From an uncultured Clostridia bacterium (GTDB taxonomy: Bacteria > Bacillota > Clostridia > Oscillospirales > Ruminococcaceae): a stretch of 41,584 bases of DNA. Each line of letters starts with the position of its first letter. Positions within the stretch are counted from its first letter, which is position 1. The position numbers and the translations under genes are program-made. The stretch lies in assembly GCA_947584825.1 (NCBI GenBank), contig CANPWR010000001.1:1-41584 (forward strand), given 5' to 3'. Below are positions 20,504 through 27,633 of this stretch, piece after piece. The notes below the pieces were generated by a model, which was not told the DNA's origin, searched no databases, and saw only the letters and a list, made by a program, of their open reading frames with translations.

Positions 20504-23113
20504 TCAGATGTATTTCAGAATATCTTTAATATAAAACCTGAGTTCTTCGTCATTCATTTCATCAATATTTGTTTTTCTAAGCTTTTCAATTGCAATCTTT
20601 TCGTTAAGTCCGTCAATATTGATTTGCAAATCTCCTTGTGAAGATACGATTGAATTACTTTTTTCTTCCTCAAATTCCTTTAACAGCTCGTTAGCTCTGC
20701 TTATTATCTTTGACGGAAGTCCTGCCAGCTTTGCAACCTCAATGCCGTAGCTCTCATCAACTCCGCCCCTGACAATTTTTCGCAGGAATTTAATTCCCTG
20801 ATTAGTTCTTTTAACAGCAACGCTGAAATTCTTTACGCCGTCAAGCTCTTGCTCAAGTTCAATTAGCTCATGGTAGTGCGTTGCAAACAGCGTTTTACAA
20901 CCCAGTTTCTTGGTGTTAGAAATATACTCAGCCACACTTCTTGCAATACTTATACCGTCAAAGGTAGAAGTTCCTCTGCCGACTTCATCTAAAATCACCA
21001 GACTGTTCCGCGTTGCATTTTTAACTATTTCCGCAACCTCGCTCATTTCAACCATAAAGGTCGACTGACCGGATGTCAAATCATCAGAAGCACCGATTCT
21101 TGTAAAAATCTGGTCAACAACTGAAATTTTTGCGTATTCAGCAGGGACAAACGATCCTATCTGCGCCATTAAAGTAATTAGTGCTATCTGTCTCATATAA
21201 GTTGATTTACCAGACATATTAGGTCCGGTTATAATGCTCATTTTGTTTTCAGTAAGGTCTAAATAAGCGTCGTTCGGAACAAATACCTCGTCCTTTTGCA
21301 TAAGCTCGACAACAGGGTGTCTGCCCTTTTTGATGTCGATTACACCGTCAATAGCGATTTCAGGCTTAGAATAATTATTTTCCGTTGCAACCGATGCAAA
21401 TGAAGTTAAAACGTCTATTAAAGCAAGTGCAGACGCAGTTTCCTGAACGACTGTAAGCTGCTTTGCTATGTAATCTCTGATTTCTACGAATATTTCCTGT
21501 TCAAGTGAAATAACCTTGTCATTTGCACCCAAAATAGTGTTTTCAGCATTTTTGAGTTCCTCAGTGATATATCTCTCGCAGTTTGTAAGAGTTTGTTTCC
21601 GTATATAGCTTTCAGGAACTAAACTTATATTTGATTTGGTCACTTCAATATAATATCCAAACACACGGTTATATCCGATTTTCAGGGTTTTGATTCCCGT
21701 GCGTTCTCTTTCCTGTTCAGCAATATTATCAATAATGCTTTTACCTCCGTGAATTATGTCACGAAGCTCGTCTAGATTTTTATTAAAACCGTCTTTTATA
21801 ACTCCGCCGTCCTTTGTATTAACAGGCGGCTCGTCTACAATCGAATTTTCAATAAGATTTGCAACATCCTCCAATGTAGAAATATTAGCGTTTTCTGTTA
21901 CCAATAGCTTAGCAGTAAAACCTGACAAAAGTCTTTTTATCTCAGGAAGCTTTTGTGCAGTTGCAGACAATGCCTTTAAATCCCTCGGAGTTGCTGTTTT
22001 ATACATTACCCTTGTCATAAGGCGTTCTATATCGTAAATGCCTGATAAAGCTTCACATAAATCTCCTAAAACGACAGGATTGTGTGTAAGCTGTTCAACA
22101 GCGTCAAGTCTTTTAATTATCTTGGTTGGGTTAGTGAGTGGCTGGTCTATAAATGTTTTAAGAAGTCTCTTTCCCATAGATGTTTTATTCTTATCAAGCA
22201 CCCAAAGAAGAGAGCCTTTCTTCTCTTTGTTTCTTAAAGTTTCAGTCAGCTCTAAATTTCTTCTTGCAGTAAATCCCAAAGTCATAAAAGGATCGTTTTC
22301 ATGTTTAATAATATTTGTAAATCTGCCTATTAAAGCCTTTTGCGTATCGTATATGTACTTAAATAATCCGCAGACAGAATTTCCCTCAGCACTATTCTCA
22401 TTAACAGAAAGAGTTGATAAATCTGAAACGGAGAATTGCTCGCAAACAACTTTTCTATTAACTGATATATCAAAATCTGAATCATCAAGTATGGTAACGC
22501 TTGCTTTAAGCTTTTCTTTAATAAATGAAGTTACCTCTTTAAGCATTAAGACCTTGTCATTTATTAATACTTCCACAGGCTCAAATCTTGAAAGCTCGTT
22601 TACAGCATCGGAAACTGAGTCTTTGCCGTTAAATAAATACAAATGAACTTCTCCTGTTGAAATATCGGTAAGACATATTGATATTTCACTTTCATTATAA
22701 AAAACTGCACATATATAGTTGTTTTGCGTTTCGTCAAGCATACTGCTTTCAATAAGAGTTCCCGGAGTTACTACCCTAACGATCTCTCTTTTTACAAGAC
22801 CTTTAGCCTGAGAAGGGTCTTCGGTTTGCTCGCAAATAGCAACCATAAAACCCTTGTCAATCAGCTTTTTCAAATAAACGTCGCAGGCATGGTGAGGTAC
22901 TCCGCACATAGGAGCACGCTCCTCCAATCCGCAGTCACGGCCTGTTAAGGTTAGTTCAAGCTCTCGTGATACAACAATAGCATCGTCGAAGAACATCTCA
23001 TAAAAATCACCAAGTCTATAAAATACAATGTGATTCATATAATTCTTTTTAACTTCTACATATTTTTGCATCATAGGCGATAGCTTAGATACATCAATAT
23101 CAGCTAACTTCAC
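20504..23113 (-). CDS. mutS: DNA mismatch repair protein MutS
   Basis: 869 aa with a mismatch-binding N-terminus (LSPMMQKY...FYRLGDFYEMF), Walker A GPNMSGKST and DEVGRGTSTFDG. It starts with GTG. Confidence 0.96.
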   Translation of the reverse strand: MKLADIDVSKLSPMMQKYVEVKKNYMNHIVFYRLGDFYEMFFDDAIVVSRELELTLTGRDCGLEERAPMCGVPHHACDVYLKKLIDKGFMVAICEQTEDPSQAKGLVKREIVRVVTPGTLIESSMLDETQNNYICAVFYNESEISICLTDISTGEVHLYLFNGKDSVSDAVNELSRFEPVEVLINDKVLMLKEVTSFIKEKLKASVTILDDSDFDISVNRKVVCEQFSVSDLSTLSVNENSAEGNSVCGLFKYIYDTQKALIGRFTNIIKHENDPFMTLGFTARRNLELTETLRNKEKKGSLLWVLDKNKTSMGKRLLKTFIDQPLTNPTKIIKRLDAVEQLTHNPVVLGDLCEALSGIYDIERLMTRVMYKTATPRDLKALSATAQKLPEIKRLLSGFTAKLLVTENANISTLEDVANLIENSIVDEPPVNTKDGGVIKDGFNKNLDELRDIIHGGKSIIDNIAEQERERTGIKTLKIGYNRVFGYYIEVTKSNISLVPESYIRKQTLTNCERYITEELKNAENTILGANDKVISLEQEIFVEIRDYIAKQLTVVQETASALALIDVLTSFASVATENNYSKPEIAIDGVIDIKKGRHPVVELMQKDEVFVPNDAYLDLTENKMSIITGPNMSGKSTYMRQIALITLMAQIGSFVPAEYAKISVVDQIFTRIGASDDLTSGQSTFMVEMSEVAEIVKNATRNSLVILDEVGRGTSTFDGISIARSVAEYISNTKKLGCKTLFATHYHELIELEQELDGVKNFSVAVKRTNQGIKFLRKIVRGGVDESYGIEVAKLAGLPSKIISRANELLKEFEEEKSNSIVSSQGDLQINIDGLNEKIAIEKLRKTNIDEMNDEELRFYIKDILKYI

Positions 23114-23149
23114 TTGAACTCACTTCCCTTTATCTTTTTTGTTCCTTAA

Positions 23150-23560
23150 TTAGTGGCATCCTCCGCAGGTTGAACAGCTTCCGCCGCAGCTTGCAGGCTG
23201 TTCTTCCGGACAGGTCATAGGATCCTCTCCGTTAGCAGCCATACTTATAATAAAGTTTACAGAATTTATAAGCTTTTCCACTTTCTCCTGAGCAGCAGTA
23301 AACTCAGCCATATTTGGATTTGCCATTATCTTGTTATATACTTCCTTTAGCTCACCGTCAAGACGCTTCATAGCGTCTGCATCTTTTTCCTTTTTTTGCA
23401 TTTCCTGATTAAGCTGCATTCTCTTTACGTTAAAGTCGCCTATCATATTCTGCAGTTCTACGTCCTTATCGTTCTTAATCTTTGCTTCCTGATACTTTTT
23501 GTATCTTTCATCTTCCTGAAGAGCCTTTCCAAGCTCTCTTGCCATTTCAATAACAGTCAT
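23150..23560 (-). CDS. ymcA: YlbF/YmcA (Ric) family regulator with a Cys-rich C-terminal tail
   Basis: 136 aa helical protein of YlbF/YmcA type (ARELGKALQEDERYKKYQEAK...). It lies between miaB and mutS, the position ymcA occupies next to ymcB(miaB) in B. subtilis. The tail is CPEEQPASCGGSCSTCGGCH. Confidence 0.65.
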   Translation of the reverse strand: MTVIEMARELGKALQEDERYKKYQEAKIKNDKDVELQNMIGDFNVKRMQLNQEMQKKEKDADAMKRLDGELKEVYNKIMANPNMAEFTAAQEKVEKLINSVNFIISMAANGEDPMTCPEEQPASCGGSCSTCGGCH

Positions 23561-23586
23561 AAAAAATCTCCTTTAAATTCAATTTA

Positions 23587-24972
23587 TTAAACAATTTCTC
23601 CGAGCAGTGCCCAGTTCATTGCTTTATTTATTTTTACATCGACAAAACTGCCTATCATATTCTTATCACCGATAAACTCGACAATAATGTTTTCATCACT
23701 TCTGCCCTGAAAATGCTCATCTGAGGTTCTGCCCTTTCTGTCAACAAGTACTCTCAGCGTTTTACCAACAAATCTAGAAAGCCAAGTGACAGTGACCTCT
23801 CTGTGCTCAAGCAAAAGCTCTCTTAACCACAAACCCTTTTGCTTATCACTTATATTATCTTCCATCAGGGCAGCTTTTGTTCCGCTTCTTTTTGAGTAGA
23901 CAAATGAATATATATTATCAAACTTAAATCTCTTTACGGCATTTTTAGTCTCGCAGAACTCCTCATAGGTCTCACCCGGAAATCCAACTATTATGTCGCT
24001 CGTGAAAGAAAAATCCGGCTTTTTATTTCTTGCATAGTCAATAATTTCGGCATAATCCTCAAGGGTATATCTTCTGTTCATCTCTTTTAGAATTCTGTTG
24101 CAGCCCGACTGCATGGGCAGATGCAGGTGCTTACATACTTTGTCACACTCAAGTATTGCATCAATAAGTTCATGAGTAGCATCCTTTGGGTGGGAACTCA
24201 TAAAGCGTATTCTAAAATCCCCATCAATGGTATTCAGCTTTCTCAAAAGATCTGGAAAACCATAACTGTATGAATTAACATTCTGTCCGAGAAGTGTTAT
24301 CTCCTTGTATCCATTGGAAACGAGGTCATAAACCTCATTGTATACAGCTTCTACAGTACGTGACCGTTCTCTGCCTCTGACATACGGCACTATACAATAT
24401 GTGCAGAAATTGTTGCAGCCATACATTATCGGAATCGACGCTTTAAACTTATTGGTCCTAAGCTGTTTAAAATTCTCATTAATATCGCTTTGCTGTTCAG
24501 TTATGTTAAACACCCTGCTCTTTTTACTCAATACTTCATACAGCATTTCGTAAAAATCATTTAGTGCAAATGTACCGAATACCAAGTCAACCTGCCGATA
24601 GTTTCTTTTTATTCTTTCCGCAATATGCTTTTGCTGTGCCATACAGCCGCATATACATATAACAGTATCCGGTCTTTCCTGTTTCAAACGCTTAAACTTG
24701 CCGATATTTCCAAAAACCCTGTCCTCAGCATGTTCTCTTACTGCACATGTGTTAAGTATAATGAGAGAAGCATTTTCAGTTTCGTCAGTAAATCCATAAC
24801 CAATCTTTGCAATTAGATCCATCAGCTTTTCGCCGTCAGTGGCGTTCTGTTGACAGCCAAAGGAGTGTAAATAACAAAGCGGAGTTTTATCCCCATAAAT
24901 TTCTGAAATTAATTTTTTCAGATTTTCGATTGAAAAATCATTATTAATACAACATATAGACCTGTTTTCCAA
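23587..24972 (-). CDS. miaB: tRNA-i6A37 methylthiotransferase MiaB
   Basis: 461 aa with a UPF0004 N-domain (FGCQQNATDGE), the radical-SAM motif CNNFCTYC and a C-terminal TRAM-like domain. TTG start with GGGAG 8 nt upstream. Confidence 0.9.
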   Translation of the reverse strand: MENRSICCINNDFSIENLKKLISEIYGDKTPLCYLHSFGCQQNATDGEKLMDLIAKIGYGFTDETENASLIILNTCAVREHAEDRVFGNIGKFKRLKQERPDTVICICGCMAQQKHIAERIKRNYRQVDLVFGTFALNDFYEMLYEVLSKKSRVFNITEQQSDINENFKQLRTNKFKASIPIMYGCNNFCTYCIVPYVRGRERSRTVEAVYNEVYDLVSNGYKEITLLGQNVNSYSYGFPDLLRKLNTIDGDFRIRFMSSHPKDATHELIDAILECDKVCKHLHLPMQSGCNRILKEMNRRYTLEDYAEIIDYARNKKPDFSFTSDIIVGFPGETYEEFCETKNAVKRFKFDNIYSFVYSKRSGTKAALMEDNISDKQKGLWLRELLLEHREVTVTWLSRFVGKTLRVLVDRKGRTSDEHFQGRSDENIIVEFIGDKNMIGSFVDVKINKAMNWALLGEIV

Positions 24973-25003
24973 AATAAAGCTCCCTTTTATTTATATATAG
25001 TGT

Positions 25004-25032
25004 ATTATATCATACTAAAGCAGTTATTTCAA
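25004..25032 (-). promoter_or_regulatory. Near-consensus sigma-A promoter for the miaB...hfq gene string
   Basis: The minus strand reads TTGAAA, a 17-nt spacer, then TATAAT with an extended -10 TG (TGATATAAT). It is about 30 nt upstream of the miaB start. Confidence 0.75.
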
Positions 25033-25054
25033 GTAAATTTATCAATATTTTGAA

Positions 25055-25083
25055 TTGCAAATGACTTTTTTCTGTGTTATACT
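25055..25083 (+). promoter_or_regulatory. Candidate sigma-A promoter for the dnaD-like/dnaI-like operon
   Basis: The plus strand reads TTGCAA, a 17-nt spacer, then TATACT preceded by TGT (extended -10). It is about 90 nt upstream of ATG 25176 and diverges from the miaB promoter. Confidence 0.6.
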
Positions 25084-25175
25084 TATTTATAATTTATGTC
25101 GTATTAAAATTTATATTGTATTTTTTTGAATTGGTCAGCTAATACTTTTTGCTGACTGGTATTCTGAGGTGTAAA

Positions 25176-26267
25176 ATGAAGTATAAAATAGAGAGAAAAA
25201 ACTGGGGTCGTTTCTTTACAGTACCCTTCAATGTCGTTTCCGAGCATATCAAACTGTGCAGCGGAGATTTTTTGAAGGTACTGTTAGTTATATTATCAAG
25301 CGATAAAAATGAAATAATCTCTGAAGATATAAGCTCTCTAACAGGAATTTCAACCGATATTGTAGATGATGCCATTGTTTACTGGAGTCAGGCAGAGATC
25401 TTCTCGGTACTTAATGTTACGGTTTTGAAAAATACTGAAATTAAAGCTTCTAGTGTATCAAAAAGAATGGATACTGAAAGAACGGATACTGAAAGAACGG
25501 AAACAGATGATTCAAATAACGATAAAACTCAAAAAGTCTCCTTGCTTCCTGCTATAAATCCCACTGAGAATTCTCTGGAGAAAAAAAGTCACGTTAAGTA
25601 TTCATCAAAGGATATAGCGAATATAGTCAACAGTCAAAAAGAGATAAAGGAAATGTTTTCACAGCTAGAGGTTATACTTAAAAGAAACCTAAGATTTACT
25701 GAACAGTGCGGATATATCAATCTTGTTGAGAATTACGGATTTCCTGCAGCGTCAATACTTATGCTTGTTCAATACTGCGAGGATATAGGAAAATCAAGCA
25801 TCAGATATGTTGAAAGCATTGCCGAATCTTGGTTCGAGCAGGATATTACTTCCTATAAACAGGTTGAAACTGAAATTATAAAGATGATTAAGCTGCATAA
25901 GATTGAAAATAAGGTCGCAAATATATTCGGACTTACAACAAATCTCACCAAAAAACAAAGAGAGTATATAAATTCTTGGACAGACTTAGGGTTTGATACG
26001 GATATGATTCAGCTTGCATATGAAAAGTGCGTAGATCAGATAAATAGGCTCTCATTTCCCTACATAAATAAAATAATTACAAGCTGGGCGGGCGATAAGA
26101 TATTTACTATCGACGAGGTCAATATAAATGACGCTAAAGTTAAAAAGAATAATTCTAAGAAAAAAGGCAAAGAAAAAGAACATTCCTACGATCTTGATGA
26201 GTTTTACGAATTCACTTTAAATCATGTTCCTAAAATAAAAGGAAAGGATAAAAAGAACAATGAATAA
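25176..26267 (+). CDS. DnaD-domain replication initiation / membrane attachment protein (B. subtilis DnaB-like)
   Basis: Two YxxxIxxxW DnaD/DDBH2-type motifs (RYVESIAESW, PYINKIITSW) and a Lys-rich C-terminus. The start is set at ATG 25176, which has GAGGTG 5 nt upstream. It is paired with a DnaI/DnaC-like loader, as in the dnaB-dnaI operon. Confidence 0.75.
   Translation: MKYKIERKNWGRFFTVPFNVVSEHIKLCSGDFLKVLLVILSSDKNEIISEDISSLTGISTDIVDDAIVYWSQAEIFSVLNVTVLKNTEIKASSVSKRMDTERTDTERTETDDSNNDKTQKVSLLPAINPTENSLEKKSHVKYSSKDIANIVNSQKEIKEMFSQLEVILKRNLRFTEQCGYINLVENYGFPAASILMLVQYCEDIGKSSIRYVESIAESWFEQDITSYKQVETEIIKMIKLHKIENKVANIFGLTTNLTKKQREYINSWTDLGFDTDMIQLAYEKCVDQINRLSFPYINKIITSWAGDKIFTIDEVNINDAKVKKNNSKKKGKEKEHSYDLDEFYEFTLNHVPKIKGKDKKNNE
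25469..25498 (+). repeat. Perfect 15-nt tandem duplication inside the dnaD-like CDS
   Basis: GGATACTGAAAGAAC occurs twice (25469-25483 and 25484-25498), followed by a degenerate third unit. It encodes DTERT-DTERT-ETDD in a low-complexity linker. Confidence 0.9.
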
Positions 26268-27255
26268 CAATATATCGCCTTCAGCTTTCACAAGGGCTGC
26301 TTCTGAGATTGAAAGAAGACGAAACACAGCCTTCCAAACACTTGAACTTCATAAAGCTGAAATCAGTAAAAAAGCACCTGAAATTGATAATTTGTACAAA
26401 AGAATATTACAGGCAAGCATTGATTTGTCAAGAGCAATAATTTCAGGAAGTAATGATATTGACAAAATCATTGAAGAAATAAAAAAGAAAAATCTTGAAA
26501 ATCAGCTAATGATAAAAATAATGCTCAAGGAATTTGGTTATCCGGAAGATTATTTAAAGGCGACATTCACTTGTCCTGTTTGTAATGACAGCGGATATGT
26601 AAACGGCAGCAGATGCAATTGCTTTAACGATCTTATTAGAAAATACACAGTTGACGAGCTTAATGAAAGCTGTAAAATTGAACTTCATGATTTTGATGAA
26701 TTTAATTTAGGTTTGTACTCAAATATACCCGATGAGAAATCAGGTATTATACCCAGAGAACGAATGAATGAAATTATAATTCAATGCAAGAATTACGTTG
26801 ATACTTTTTCACAAGATTCATGCTCACTATTTTTCTTAGGCAAAACAGGATTGGGAAAAACTTTCATATCTTCTATGATTGCAAAAGCGCTTATAGATAA
26901 AGGATTTAATGTTGTGTTTGATTCTATAAACAACTTCCTTATAAAAGCTGAAAACGACCATTTCGGAAGAAGCAACGGTAATACAGTTGAAACAATCCTA
27001 AACGCAGATTTGGTTATTCTTGACGATTTAGGTTCGGAATTTTCAACGCCGTTTAATAACTCGACAATGTATAACATCATAAATACAAGAATCAATATGG
27101 GAGTTCCGACAATCGTTTCAACAAACCTATCTTTGTCAGAACTAAATGAAAAATATGACGACAGAATTATATCAAGGCTTACGGGAATGTATACGCCATA
27201 CAGATTCTTCGGAACTGATATAAGACAAGTCAAAAGACGTATGATGGATAGATAA
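26260..27255 (+). CDS. dnaI: Primosomal helicase loader, DnaI/DnaC (IstB-like AAA+) family
   Basis: 331 aa with an N-terminal Cys cluster (CPVCNDSGYVNGSRCNC), Walker A GKTGLGKT and Walker B LVILDDLG. It overlaps the upstream dnaD-like gene by 8 nt. Confidence 0.8.
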   Translation: MNNNISPSAFTRAASEIERRRNTAFQTLELHKAEISKKAPEIDNLYKRILQASIDLSRAIISGSNDIDKIIEEIKKKNLENQLMIKIMLKEFGYPEDYLKATFTCPVCNDSGYVNGSRCNCFNDLIRKYTVDELNESCKIELHDFDEFNLGLYSNIPDEKSGIIPRERMNEIIIQCKNYVDTFSQDSCSLFFLGKTGLGKTFISSMIAKALIDKGFNVVFDSINNFLIKAENDHFGRSNGNTVETILNADLVILDDLGSEFSTPFNNSTMYNIINTRINMGVPTIVSTNLSLSELNEKYDDRIISRLTGMYTPYRFFGTDIRQVKRRMMDR

Positions 27256-27261
27256 AAAATC

Positions 27262-27292
27262 AAGGTGAAAAGCAGTATTGCTCTTCACCTTT
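27262..27292. terminator. Terminator-type hairpin, copy A, 7 nt after the dnaI-like stop
   Basis: GGTGAAaAGCAgtatTGCTcTTCACC forms a stem of about 11 bp with one A-C mismatch (27265-27290). On the plus strand it is followed by only TTTC, with an A-run upstream. The 27-mer 27266-27292 is identical to 27604-27630. Confidence 0.7.
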
Positions 27293-27603
27293 CTGGGTGT
27301 AGATAAAGTCTTCTTTAGGGGCAGCCCTCTCTTGCATGGGCTTAACCTAAAATGCATAGCATTTTCAGCTAAAAATAGACTAACGTCTATTTGCCCATTT
27401 AAAAACAGTCCACTGGACTATTTTTTTACCTAAAACTGCTTCGCAGTTTTAGGTTACACCCCTTTGCGGAGCGCACTCCGTAAAGCATTTCGCTGACTGC
27501 GGTCAGCGACAGGGCTCTGCCCTTGACCCGCAAGCCTTTTGAAAAAGGCTTGACCGAAAACTTTTAGTTGATAACGCAAAACCTTTTTCGACAGGCTGTA
27601 AGA
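27293..27603. repeat. GC-enriched, non-coding multi-hairpin insert between the two hairpin copies (candidate non-autonomous element or structured RNA)
   Basis: There is no ORF with an SD. Eight near-contiguous hairpins with perfect or near-perfect stems lie at 27349-27552. By hand count the GC is about 44% overall and about 60% for 27451-27530, in a genome whose other spacers are strongly AT-rich. Confidence 0.6.
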
Positions 27604-27630
27604 TGAAAAGCAGTATTGCTCTTCACCTTT
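27600..27630. terminator. Terminator-type hairpin, copy B, 3 nt after the tyrS stop
   Basis: It carries the same 27-mer as copy A (27604-27630), and 30 of 31 nt match when the AAG[G/A] flank is included. It is followed on the plus strand by TTTTTATTATT. Confidence 0.7.
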
Positions 27631-27633
27631 TTA

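Noticed and set aside
22038-22646. A 202-aa plus-strand ORF antisense to mutS. Similar long antisense ORFs occur at 2953-3393, 20234-20641, 26793-27263 and 12244-12543.
   Set aside because: Each lies entirely inside a well-supported conserved gene on the other strand. They are Ser/Leu/Phe-rich and low in complexity, as expected for the antisense frame of AT-rich codon-biased genes. None has an SD or a recognisable motif.
25149-27255. The dnaD-like/dnaI-like pair as a prophage remnant or mobile island.
   Set aside because: There are no integrase, repressor, terminase, structural or att-like features. The architecture matches the chromosomal dnaB-dnaI operon, and the GC and codon usage look like the neighbours. 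The idea is kept only as a low-interest question.
27172-27357. A 61-aa minus-strand ORF (MHFRLSPCKRGLPLKK...) starting inside the multi-hairpin insert.
   Set aside because: It has no SD. It runs through hairpin copy A and antisense into the dnaI-like 3' end. Its composition is dictated by the palindromes. The 20-codon minus-strand ORF MLYGVRSAKGCNLKLRSSFR also lacks an SD.
27428-27454. GCAGTTTTAGGT / ACCTAAAACTGC is reminiscent of GTTTTAG-type CRISPR repeats or a tracrRNA anti-repeat.
   Set aside because: It occurs once as a self-complementary hairpin. There is no repeat-spacer periodicity and there are no cas genes anywhere in the window.
27293-27603. A classic MITE, IS remnant, retron msr/msd or attC array as the explanation for the insert.
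   Set aside because: I found no terminal inverted repeats at the insert ends. There is no transposase, reverse transcriptase or integrase nearby, and no repeated unit of constant length. The idea is kept only as a generic candidate non-autonomous element or structured RNA.
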